A DNA stretch of 63,884 nt, the filler included, from Peribolospora baueri (lineage: Eukaryota): assembly GCA_029717555.1 (NCBI GenBank). It is 11 parts of 11 records of this genome, joined end to end, with 100 filler letters (N's around TTAATTAATTAA, not from the genome) between each part and the next. Parts side by side here need not be neighbours in the genome. Positions count along the whole stretch, not along the records: positions 21,028 to 27,128 come from JAMDHS010000194.1; positions 27,229 to 33,197 come from JAMDHS010000195.1; 9 more parts are not named here. The stretch is one strand, 5' to 3'. Under the pieces are notes generated by a model. The model searched no databases and had not been told where the DNA came from. It saw only the letters and a list, made by a program, of their open reading frames with translations. This document shows positions 21,028-32,154 of this stretch, piece after piece. Both the position numbers and the translations under genes were made by a program. Within the stretch, counting starts at the first letter, position 1. Each line of letters starts with the position of its first letter.

Positions 21028-23800
21028 CGAGTCCTATCCGGAGCGCGAAGGCCTGAGCCCAAATGACGGAGCGACCCTCGTCCAAAAACTCAACAGCCTG
21101 CTCGAGTTGGCTTTGACCGATGGCATACGACGCGGCGTCCCGGGCCAGGTTGCCAGACCACTTCAGCAGCTCTGCCTGACGGGATTCTGCGTCCAGGCCC
21201 AGCCAAGCTACCCGAGGTAGCAGGCGCACGGCTGCTGAGTATCCATCTAACGCCGATTGCGTCCGACCTTGCTCACGAGCCAGATTGGCCCAATCCAAAG
21301 CTGCGGTGAACGCAACTGCAGGAGGTCCCGCACGAGAGAATGCAGCCTCGTTGAAAACCCGCAGGCACTGCTCTAGGTCGTCTACGGTCTTGGTGACACG
21401 GAAGCGATGTTGCAGCGAAGGGCCCAGGTTGCTGAGGCAGATTGGCCGGTGAGGATGGCCATCAGGCGTCAGGTCTACCGCTTGCTTTAGATTCGAGATG
21501 GAAGCGTCGAGGTCGTCCATGTCCCCGAGGCGACCGAAGCGCCTTTGCAGCGAATTGCCGAGGTTGTTGAGGCGCCCAGGCTGGCCAGAATGTCCATGGG
21601 GAGTGAGGTCTACCGCTTGCTTTAGATTCGAGATGGAAGCGTCGAGGTCGTCCATGTCCCCGAGGCGACCGAAGCGCCTTTGCAGCGAATTGCCGAGGTT
21701 GCTGAGGCGCCCAGGCCGGTCAGAATGTCCATGGGGAGTGAGGTCTACCGCTTGCTTTAGATTCGAGATGGAAGCGTCGAGGTCGTCCATGTCCCCGAGG
21801 CGCTCGAAGCGCGTTTGCAGCGAAAAGCCGAGGTTGCTGAGGCGCCCAGGCCGGTCAGAATGCCCATGGGGAGTGAGGTCTACCGTTTGCTTTAGATTCG
21901 AGATGGAAGCGTCGAGGTCGTCCATGTCCCCGAGGCGACCGAAGCGCATTCGCAGCTAATCGCTGAGGTTGCTGAGGCGCCCAGGCAGGTCAGAATGTCT
22001 ATCGGGAGTGAGGTCTACCGCTTGCTTTAGATTCGAGATGGAAGCGTCGAGGTCGTCCATGTCCCCGAGGCGCTCGAAGCGCATTATCAGCGAAATGCCC
22101 AGATTGTCGAGGTACATAGGCCGGCCAGAATGTCCATGGGAAGTGAGGTCTACCGCTTGCTTTAGATTCGAGATGGAAGCGTCGAGGTCGTCCATGTCCC
22201 CGAGGCGACCGAAGCGCCTTAGCAGCGAAACGCCCAGACCGGTGAGGTATATAGGCCGGTCAGAATGTCCATGGGGAGTGAGGTCTACCGCTTGCTTTAG
22301 ATTCGAGATGGAAGCGTCGAGGTCGTCCATGTCCCCGAGGCGCTCGAAGCGCCTTATCAGCGAACTGCCGAGGTTGTTGAGGCGCCCAGGCTGGCCAGAA
22401 TGTCTATCGGGAGTGAGGTCTACCGATTGCTTTAGATTCGAGATGGAAGCGTCGAGGTCGTCCATGTCCCCGAGGCGACCGAAGCGCATTTGCAGCGAAT
22501 TGCCGAGGTTGCTGAGGTATATAGGCCGGTCAGAATGTCCATGGGGAGTGAGGTCTACCGCTTGCTTTAGATTCGAGATGGAAGCGTCGAGGTCGTCCAT
22601 GTCCCCGAGGCGACCGAAGCGCATTCGCAGCGAATAGCCGAGGTTGCTGAGGTACCCAGGCCGGTCAGAATGTCCATGGGGAGTGAGGTCTACCGCTTGC
22701 TTTAGATTCGAGATGGAAGCGTCGAGGTCGTCCATGTCCCCGAGGCGCTCGAAGCGCGTTCGCAGCGAAACGCCCAGGTTGTTGAGGTATATAGGCCGGT
22801 CAGAATGTCCATGGGGAGTGAGGTCTACCGCTTGCTTTAGATTCGAGATGGAAGCGTCGAGGTCGTCCATGTCCCCGAGGCGACCGAAGCGCCTTTGCAG
22901 CGAATTGCTGAGGTTGCTGAGGTACCCAGGCCGGTCAGAATGTCCATGGGGAGTGAGGTCTACCGCTTGCTTTAGATTCGAGATGGAAGCGTCGAGGTCG
23001 TCCATGTCCCCGAGGCGACCGAAGCGCCTTTGCAGCGAATTGCCGAGGTTGTTGAGGCGCCCAGGCTGGCCAGAATGTCCATGGGGAGTGAGGTCTACCG
23101 CTTGCTTTAGATTCGAGATGGAAGCGTCGAGGTCGTCCATGTCCCCGAGGCGCTCAAAGCGCGTTCGCAGCGAATTGCCGAGGTTGCTGAGGTATATAGG
23201 CCGGTCAGAATGTCCATGGGGAGTGAGGTCTACCGCTTGCTTTAGATTCGAGATGGAAGCGTCGAGGTCGTCCATGTCCCCGAGGCGACCGAAGCGCCTT
23301 TGCAGCGAATTGCTGAGGTTGCTGAGGTACCCAGGCCGGTCAGAATGTCCATGGGGAGTGAGGTCTACCGCTTGCTTTAGATTCGAGATGGAAGCGTCGA
23401 GGTCGTCCATGTCCCCGAGGCGCTCGAAGCGCATTTGCAGCGAAATGCCCAGATTGTCGAGGTACATAGGCCGGCCAGAATGTCCATGGGAAGTGAGATC
23501 TACCGCTTGCTTTAGATTCGAGATGGAAGCGTCGAGGTCGTCCATGTCCCCGAGGCGACCGAAGCGCGTTAGCAGCGAAACGCCCAGACCGGTGAGGTAT
23601 ATAGGCCGGTCAGAATGTCCATGGGGAGTGAGGTCTACCGCTTGCTTTAGAGTCGAGATGGAAGCGTCGAGGTCGTCCATGTCCCCCGGGGTGCTCGAAG
23701 CGGTTTACGCAGGGGTGCCAACCTTGTGTTTGAGGCCCTGGAAGTGTGCTCGGAGAGAAATGCGAGGGCTTTTGAGCAGGTTGGATCGGGTCGGTCCTCG
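21028..23800 (-). pseudogene. TPR-repeat protein of the basidiomycete TPR-CHAT type, disrupted (in-frame TAG at 21956-21958; frameshifted degenerate repeat upstream of 23680); 3' end off-contig
   Basis: 17 x 44-aa repeats MDDLDASISNLKQAVDLTPHGHSDRP..L.NLG.SL..RF.RLGD, then ALDGYSAAVRLLPRVAWLGL...LARDAASYAI...AVEFLDEGRSVIWAQ, the linker that precedes CHAT domains in this family. The CHAT domain itself is not visible. Confidence 0.8.
21437..23680 (-). repeat. Coding tandem array, 17 x 132 bp (TPR)
   Basis: Near-invariant core gtgaggtctaccgcttgctttagattcgagatggaagcgtcgaggtcgtccatgtccccgaggcg every 132 bp, alternating with a variable half. Confidence 0.97.
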
Positions 23801-24387
23801 ATTTTATAAGGTGACCATGAACTGCGGCCCCGCATGAGTGAAGTAACGATGCTTCCGCTGTCTCCACACCTATCTTAGTGAAATTGAATTATCCGTGTAG
23901 ATACGAATTACCTTCAGCTAGACGGGACGACCCTGTACAGCTTTCCTGTAGCTTGATATTGTATTGTTCTAGGTCAGGTATAGAGTATATTTGGAATCGA
24001 CTAGAGGCAAGTGAAGCACCTTAACTGACCTCAGAAAAGTACTTACCTTTGCCAAGAGCTTGAACAGGATCAAGTGGACAGTTTTACTGTGTTAGGTGGG
24101 GTCCATTAACTTCTTTTCAATTATTTGGCTGTCCCAGTGGTTAATGAGACAGCTCCGCTCCGCATTTCAAGGTGAAGCTCATGAGACGAGCTCGGCGTTG
24201 GTCCGAACGCACTGAGCCGTCGTGCGCATAAAACCTCTAGACCGCCTGCGCCAACCTGCCACGAGGCGGTGCCGGTGGAAAGCACAGCCGGGCGGCGGCA
24301 GTACTGTTCCGAGTATTTGAGCGCCACAGACGGCCACCTCCCACTTCCATCTCCCTATCAACTAACCCTCCAGCACATCCAACGACA

Positions 24388-24627
24388 ATGATGCTCTCTA
24401 GGCTGTTCGACAAACCCACCGAGGGTCGCAAGTACGCTGACCTGTTGTTTCGAATCTACGCCATGCTGGCAAGCTTCGAGCCTTGGAGACAGATCGAGGT
24501 GGGCGACTACGGCGTGGAAAAGGAAACCGGACGGTTCCTGAAGCACGGCAACATCTACGAAGAGGGCATCGCGGACGAGCATGGGATCGAGCGTCCTCGC
24601 GAGCATGGCAAAATCCTAATGAACTAG
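24388..24627 (+). pseudogene. N-terminal fragment of a basidiomycete hypothetical family (IEVGDYG...F...GNIY motif), possibly gasdermin-like
   Basis: 79-aa ORF RKYADLLFR...FEPWRQIEVGDYGVEKETGRFLKHGNIYEEGIADEHGIERPREHG. It is protein-like; no recognisable continuation downstream. Family assignment is from recollection only. Confidence 0.5.
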
Positions 24628-25291
24628 CCACGCGACTCACCGCACGTACGTCACCTGATCAATCACGTGACACGGCGCTCACGTCTATCACGATGTTACC
24701 CGGTATTCCCACGGTGAAATTTTTCGCGACCGCCACAAGGGAGAGAGCTGATCGTTGCTGCCTGACGAGCCCTCGGGCGAAACAGCAAAAGCTTTCTGTC
24801 GCAGCTTGCTCTTTCTTCTCTTGAGGCTTCGTTTTTGTTCACAGCAAGAACTTCATGGCCACCCCCAGTTGACAACAAAAATCCTAACCCTAAGGCGAGG
24901 GCCAAGTGAGACAGGTCGCAAAGCACAGAAGAAGGGCTCCTCTCGGACCGCTGTAAGCTCGACCAGGGTTTGGTCGCGTTCGAGCCGTCATCGCGCTCGA
25001 GGCCTAAGACGAGGAGACGGATGCATCGCGCATTGGCCACACACCTGTCGGGACTCAAGGTTGGACGGGAGAGAGGTCTAGGCCGCGCGGGACCTACCCC
25101 AGGAAAGATGGCCAGTCATGGCTGAATCCCAGGCAGCAGGGAGGGAGCTAGAAGCTAGGACGGATGGCTGAAGAAAACTATAGGAAGGCGCGAGTTATAC
25201 CTTGGACAATCGCCAGTTCGGAAGGTTCCGGTATCGGCAGATCCCGAGGTCGATTCCTGACACTCATTCTGAGACACCTATTTTGCCACGT

Positions 25292-27128
25292 CTAAACTAT
25301 ACCCAATGCTTTCCGGCCATCCACGATAGTCACAAAGCCAGCGAGAGACTTCCGACGACCAATCGGCCGCTGTGCAATGCTTGAGCAAACCCTCTGTTTT
25401 CAAATGGCATCCACCATTGTCTCCTGCCCCAGTCGTCCTTCACCCATCCACCCTTGTAGACCAAGAGCAAGTTCTGCTGCGACATTTCAGCAAGTTCTTG
25501 GCTTTCCATGCCTTCGCTACCAGACGGAATAGCAGCATCATTAGCCACCTTCCACACTCGGACTTCTTCCACCGACCTCGAGACGATCCGCTTCCCATCT
25601 GGGGAGAAGGCGACCGAGTCGACCCAACCCGTGTGACCTTCGAGCGGTTTACCGATCGCCTCGCCCGTCGACACGTCCCACATCTGGAGGGTGTCGTCAT
25701 CCGAACCAGAGACGATTCGCTTCCCATCTGGGGAGAAGGCGACCGAGTCGACCGGACCAGTGTGACCTTCGAGCGGTCTACCGACCGCCTCACCCGTCGA
25801 CGCGTCCCACATCCGGAGGGTGTTATCATGCGAACCAGAGACGATTCGCTTCCCATCTGGGGAGAAGGCGACCGAGCGGACCCGACGCGTGTGACCTTCG
25901 AGCGGTCTACCGACCGCCTCGCCCGTCGATGCGTCCCACATCCGGAGGGTCTTGTCGCCCGAACCAGAGACGATTCGCTTCCCATCTGGGGAGAAGGCGA
26001 CCGACTCGACCAGACCCGTGTGACCCTCCAGGACATGCAAGCACGCAGTCCAGTGGGATGCTGTGCCCCTCAACACTTTTGGAGCCTTGCCGAATTGTGG
26101 CATAAAAGTTTTATAAAGGATTGTTTCCTTTGGTGTAAAAGGGAGGGCTGATTTATAGGTATGAAGGGCGCTTTGGGTGATTGGGACTTGGAACATTTGC
26201 ACGAAACGACGAGCATCGTAGACAAGGTGGCAGAGCGTTACGTCTCCTGCGCTGTATGCCTGGAGAACGTGCGGCAATGTCAAAGATGATCGTTAGAGTT
26301 TCGAGGAGCCGATGAAGATAACTCACCTCGATCCATTGCGAGGCTCGTTCCAACGAGCGCAAAGACGAGCCGATGGCATCCAGCAGGCTCATGGCCTCCA
26401 CCCAGAAGAGAAGGCAGTCGAAGAAGAAGGACTTGACAAGCTTGTAAAGCTCGGCATCATCCGATGGTACCCGCGACAGATGTTCTGCCCAGGAGACACA
26501 AGCGTAGCGTAGGTGGGAGGGTATATGAGTTTTGATCAGGGAGTGGAGACCTGGAACTTCAGAATTGGTCTTGGTGGTATCTCCAATGTTGCAGATATCC
26601 TGGTAAAGGAGTTCATGCATAGTCATGAGAGAACGGAGAGCGAGATGTCTGTTTTCCCCTGTCCTGTCGACCCAAAACCTCTCGTCCTGGCACCGAGACT
26701 TGTCAGTGAGGTAGTCGGCAAACGAAGGATGGATGATGCGGACGGTGCCGTCAGTGTCGTCATGGCCATCCAAGACGGATCGAAGGCGATGAGTGACGTC
26801 CTTGGACTTGAGAGGCCTCGTACAACCCGGTGCGCGCAAATCGAGAAGTTCGTCGAGGCTCGCTGGACTGAGGGGATACTGAAGCGTGATGATGGCCCCC
26901 ACAACTCGCCGAAAGGCCCAGAGATTCAGGTCAGGTGTCTGGGGATGATAGGCTTGGGTAAGGACAGTGAGATAAAGCTGATCGAGACCCGCCTCAGCGC
27001 CAGAGGCGGCGAACCCGCCTTCGAGCAAAAGTTCTAGTCCCTCCTCTGGACCGGGGCCATCGGGATCGCGAAGGAACTCGCCAGCCGTGCGGACCCATAT
27101 GAAAAGTCCATGTGCTCGCTGGACCAGG
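25292..27128 (-). CDS. NACHT-WD40 NLR-like (HET-E/NWD-type) protein, 3' part; +2 frameshift in the last codons
   Basis: LVQRAHGLFIWVRTA, LDQLYLTVL, IIHPSFADYLTD, LRYACVSWAEHL, LLFWVEAMSLL; intron 26326-26260; DARRF...SALHTYKSALPFTP; four 42-aa WD40 repeats LEGHT..V.SVAFSPDGKRIVSGS.D.TLRMWD. Confidence 0.92.
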
Positions 27129-27228
27129 NNNNNNNNNNNNNNNNNNNNNNNNNNNNNNNNNNNNNNNNNNNNTTAATTAATTAANNNNNNNNNNNNNNNN
27201 NNNNNNNNNNNNNNNNNNNNNNNNNNNN

Positions 27229-28695
27229 ACATTTCCTATTTCGATTTTACAGTGCTACGAGCTCGAAAGATTAAAGAGAAGGGGGAGCATGACATCATCC
27301 ATCCGGACTGGATCCTGGGCTCCATTGAGCGCGGCAGACTGCTGCCTCTCAGAAAAAAGTAGGCTCCTCCTGTGGGAACGGACGCTATAGCCGCGTTTAC
27401 TGACGGCCAGGTTCATGATCAGGTATCTCGTGTTTGCCACCGAGGATACACAAGCGGAGCCTGACTACGATCGTGGGTCTTCGGCGGACGAAGAGTCTGA
27501 CGAGCAGAGGGCCCCGGCTCGAAAGGGTAGTCTTTCTCCTATTACTCTTTCACTGGATAGAGCAGAAATCGAGTCTGAGGAGCATCGGTCGTCGCCCTCT
27601 GACGATGACGAAAGCCGCGAGTGGATCCACGTCCGTCCTTCTGGCACTGCGGCGTCTCGCGAGGATGAAGCTACGGCCGGCGGCCCGGCCGCTAGAACAC
27701 CCTTGTCTGACAGCGACACGGAAGATGGAGGATCTGCAGGAGAATCGCATCCGAGCAGCCTCACGGTCTGTGGCAGAGAGGAGGGTATGACGACGTTAGA
27801 CGATGCAGAGCTTCGGGACTTCAATAGTCAGCGACGCTCTTTACCGCCGCAGGCAGATGTGAGCATACCGTTTGCTTTTTATTCACATCAATCTTGAAAG
27901 GCTGATCGCGCCACCGTCTCTATTGGCCATTCGACCACGTTCAGAAATTCCAGCCGCAGCGGGAAGGACGGCCGAAAGCATTGGTCGACGAGCCTCGTAT
28001 GGGCGAATCTGTGCAGGCGCGAGAGTACGATGAGAACATGATCTTCCGGCATCTGTGAGCTGAACTTTGGATTAGGACCGGATCCCCGGCGATTATGGAC
28101 TGGTTAAGACGCTATTTTCTTTCCTTTTTCTTATTTTCTTGTCTCTTTTGCCCCAATTTTCTTATTTGCTCTCGTGCCGCTTTTGCTGCAGCGTCTTTTA
28201 CATCGACTCTGCGGGCAACGCTGGGCTAAATAATATCGAGACGGAGGACGATGGCGGGGCTTTGAAAAGGTCAGTTATTCACGGACACCATGTGCCCTGT
28301 CAGCCTACCTGGCACAACGATGCCTACCTCATTCGTCCGTCCTTTTCCCAATAGCCTCTCCGAAGCAGCCGACCTCCTATCGAGAAACGGCGGGGTATTA
28401 ACGAGCAACTTGAAGGAACCCAAGCTGACGCACATCGTCGTCGATGAAGACGACACCGATCGAGTGTACGAGCTGGTGAAGCGCACGAGCTTTCCGAAGC
28501 GGAGGCATGTGGTGACGACCGACTGGGTGCATGGTGAGCTGCTGTGTGGGCCTTGCCGTTCCTTCTCCGGTTCAGCGTCTGTCGTCCTCAGTCGCGCTTC
28601 ACTCACTTCTTCTGTTGCTTTGCTTGGTACGTTCCGCAGATTGTCTCAGAGAGGGCACGCTTTTGGGAGAGAGATCATATGCACCAGAGTACTGA
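27229..28695 (+). CDS. LIG4: DNA ligase IV, C-terminal BRCT region (5' off-contig)
   Basis: DIIHPDWILGSIERGRLLPLRKKY (end of BRCT1), acidic linker, YDENMIFRHL|VFYID, GG..PKLTHIVVDEDD..KRTSFPKRRHVVTTDWVHDCLREGTLL (BRCT2); stop at 28693-28695. Confidence 0.82.
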
Positions 28696-29878
28696 AAGCG
28701 ATGGTTGGGAGCAAAGGAAGCGTCAGGGATTGGTGAGATATGGACGCCAATGTTCACCACTTCCATCCTTTCATCCCACGTGCGTCAGAAGGCGAGCGAG
28801 CGATCGAGCGAGCAATTTAAAGTAGGGATGCAATGATGACGGCCGAACTCTCTCATCAGCCGGAGCGAGCAGCACCTGGCACCCTTCTCCTGACCCTTCG
28901 AGACGAGGATGGGATCGTGGGACGTGCGAATCGTATATGCTGTCGAGCGACCGGGAGGAAGGACGATTGGCTTGTCGTCAGCGTCTGCTCGGTCCATCGC
29001 ACTCGTCATAAGCTCGGCTCTCACCGTCCGAAGAGATAGTTGAAAACGTTGGCGGCCAGGATGAGAGACATCCAGCCCCAGTCTGGGATTCGCGAGAGAA
29101 AGGAGGCGGAGGAGGGAATCAAAAGGGCCGGAGCAAAACCGTTGGGTTCCGCCATTAAGGTCGCAAAGGCGGCAGTGAGAGGCGGCGCACTCGACGTAGA
29201 CGCCGGCGGAGAGCTGCAACAGTTGCAGGCTCGCCAGGTCAGCCTCATCAGTCTAGGAAATTTTGTACGACGCATTTCCGCAGGTGAGCGAGCCCGAAGG
29301 TCCTGTCATGTGGCAGGTCCGCCCGAATCAGATCTCATTCTGCTTTTTCCCGCTGCTCTCTCGCCAGGCGTCATCTCGAACTCCTTCGCAGCCCACTGGG
29401 GAGTGCCGCGCATCTACTTCCTTCTCTTCGTCTGCACTGCGGCGGCTGGCGTGCAGCTTTTGGCGAGCTCGCCGTTCATCATCACGGTGCACAAGCTGCT
29501 CACCGCTTCTCTCTCAGCGGCATTTACTACGGCATGTTGTTCGGCTTGGGTCGGCTCCTGACGTACGAGTGGTTCGGGATGAAGCATTTCAGCGCGAGTG
29601 AGTGGCCTTTTTTACTTGATATCCTCTTTGCGTTTCCTGACCCGGAGACAAAACCGGGGACGATGCCCGGCAGCACGGGCGGAAGGCCAGTCTTGACGAC
29701 GGAGGATTGGTCGACGACCTGCATCGACGCAGCCGTGGACGAAGACATGAACAAGTTCGGCGCGGTCTCAAGGGGCGAGGGCCGAAACTTGTAGACTATC
29801 CTGGGGGAAAGATGATGGTTCAGTGCCATGGCATCCAGGAAGAAGAGCTTTAGAATCGTGTAGGACAAGCGGGTCGCC

Positions 29879-30300
29879 TCAAAGGCAGTGTTGCAATTCG
29901 TGATCTACCCATGAGTAAGCGTTTGCCCAAAAGGTGTCCAACGCCGGGACGATCGGGCGCCCACGCATAGGCTTCTTGTGGATATTCGGCAAATGTTTGA
30001 GTGTGGGTATCCATCCATTCGTACTCTTGAGCACTCCAGAGGGGAGGATAGCCATCTCTTTTCTTGCCTGATCAGGCAAGAGCTGTGATCCAACAAGCAT
30101 CGAAGGTCTACGTTCAGCTCCTCAAGCTCGTACGTATTCGGGTCCGACAGGTGCTTCAACGCTTCGCTAACAGTCGGTAGAGACGACAGCCATGCATAAG
30201 GTTTTTGTCCGTAGGCAACACCAGCGTATCCGGATCCGTGACGAACTAGATCAAGTTCCGCCACGTAGTACGGCTTCGGTGCGGTAGCCGACGACAGCAT
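29879..30300 (-). mobile_element. Degenerate Penelope-like retroelement reverse-transcriptase fragment
   Basis: EALKHLSDPNTYE and, after a frameshift, LPNIHKKPMRGRPIVPA...SWVDHEL, matching the PK(I/V)HK..RPIV motif of PLE RT N-termini. Confidence 0.65.
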
Positions 30301-32154
30301 TGGCGGCTAGAACTGCGTGAAACATCACGCTCCCAACTCTAAAACCTTCTTCGAGGCGATACAGGCGATGCGACACGAGACGCGCGATACAACACGTCAA
30401 GAAGAGCGACACGACACGTCAACAAACGATGTGATACGACACGTCAAGAAGACGGTGCGATATGACACCAGACGATGCGCACCTTCGATGAAGGGCACCG
30501 AGGCCGAGAGAGACTGAAATGGCATTCACCAAGATCAAGAAGCAACAAACAAGCGATACGCGACCCGTTGCTCAGGTGGGAGTGTCGTCAGGGTAGGGGA
30601 GTGTGATCACCGTGTCGCGACCCCGTTTACGACCGTCTATTTCCTAGGCGGTAGATCACTTCTATTGTTCTCGGCGTACCCCTTTTTGTACGCTCCGAGC
30701 GCCTATGCCTCTCGAGAAACGTATATATAGAGGATGGGAACCCCACTGTCTGTACTCCCTGTGAGGAGGAACACCATGTAGACACCACCATCTACCAGCT
30801 CACAGTCGGCCAATATGCTCGGTTACCACCTTGTCCACCTGAAGCCTAGTCGATCCTGGTCCATCGCATTTGCCGCAACCCCGGCACCCCGTGCGATTTC
30901 TCACAAAGTGTCACCCGTCCCCCCACCATCGGAGCCCTTTCGCAAAGCCGTCCTACTTCTCCCACTGAGGCAGGCTGATTGAACGTCCCACTCTGGCTCG
31001 ATCCCATCTTCTTCTTCTTCTTCTTTCGTGGTCCGCTCGTGGCTACGGCCGCCGACGGCGTCTTAAGCTCTTCGCTCTAAACTTGCTTCCCCGACGGAAG
31101 TTTAGAGTGCAAGGAGACGCTCTAGGAAAGGCTGTATTTGAACTGAAGAGGGAAGGGACCAATTGAAGGCGTGCGTCAGTCCTTCGAAGCCGTCCTCGTA
31201 GTTGCTCCGGCCGTGAGATGACTCGGGCCAGCCTGCTTTACTCACTTCGAATGGCGTCCTCAACCTCCCATCCAGGACCCTCACCCCTGGTAACATCTTC
31301 AAACGATTCGACGAGCCGAGATACCATCTCCTTTTCCTTGTTCTGAGAGCTGAGACCTACAGGCGAAGGACATTGAAGGACTTGTGGCCTTGAAGGGTGA
31401 AGCTGACCGCCACTTGATTAAGTTTCTAGTCAGGGCACGTTTTCGACTTAAACCGCGGAAAATAAGATCTGCTCCCGGTCCCGTCGGCAGCTTCATACAA
31501 CCATCTCGACCAAAACGCACCTCCTGCGGCCGCCGACAAATCTCACCGTCTTTTAGTCACAAGTGCTGAGCAGCAGAGCAGCAATAAGCGATGTATCGGT
31601 ACCATGTAAAAACCGTGCCAATACACGGTTCAACTCGCTGCGAGGAACAGCCGCACCAGACCAAGAGGAGAATATAACGTACGGTTTTTTGATGACTTGG
31701 CCAGCTCGAGGGCGACCGTAAGCCTTTTCACACCAGTAGTGCGTAGATTGTTAGCTACGAATCCAGGCTGACGTTGGCTTATCCTTTGGTGGGGGATCGC
31801 TGACCTCCCTCGGGTAGAAACGTGCCAGTTATCAAGCACCCATGCCATTTTACTACCCACAGCTACGCAGCCATGGGCAAGGTCGGTCGTATTTAAACGT
31901 GCATGCGAGTGGTTGCCTAGTCCAGCCATTGGTCATCCTCCGCCGCTTTCTTCCGGCGTCACAGATCAGGTGCTCCTTGCACGCCAATTACTTTTATCTC
32001 GAATCTTGCCAGAATGCTTCCTCTGCTCATTAGCGGGGTGGCGCATTGAAAGATGCAATGAAGGTGCCAGTGGCAGCTCGAGCATTTAAAGAGCGCCGAC
32101 CTTGCTATTTCTCCTATCTGGCAGTTCCTCCCCGTCTCGCAAACCCGCTTCACT

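Noticed and set aside
21437..23680. CRISPR-like alternation of constant and variable segments
   Set aside because: The period is exactly 132 bp (44 codons), the 'spacers' are homologous to one another and in frame as TPR helices, the context is eukaryotic, and no cas genes are present.
21498..23837. Long plus-strand ORFs (153, 222, 397 aa) over the TPR array; likewise alternative-frame ORFs over both WD40 arrays
   Set aside because: These are shadows of a repeated unit that lacks stops in that frame; there is no independent protein signal.
30370..30915. Short gatacgacacgtcaa repeats and a possible solo LTR starting TGTCGTCA near 30583
   Set aside because: No convincing matching terminus or TSD could be defined by eye.
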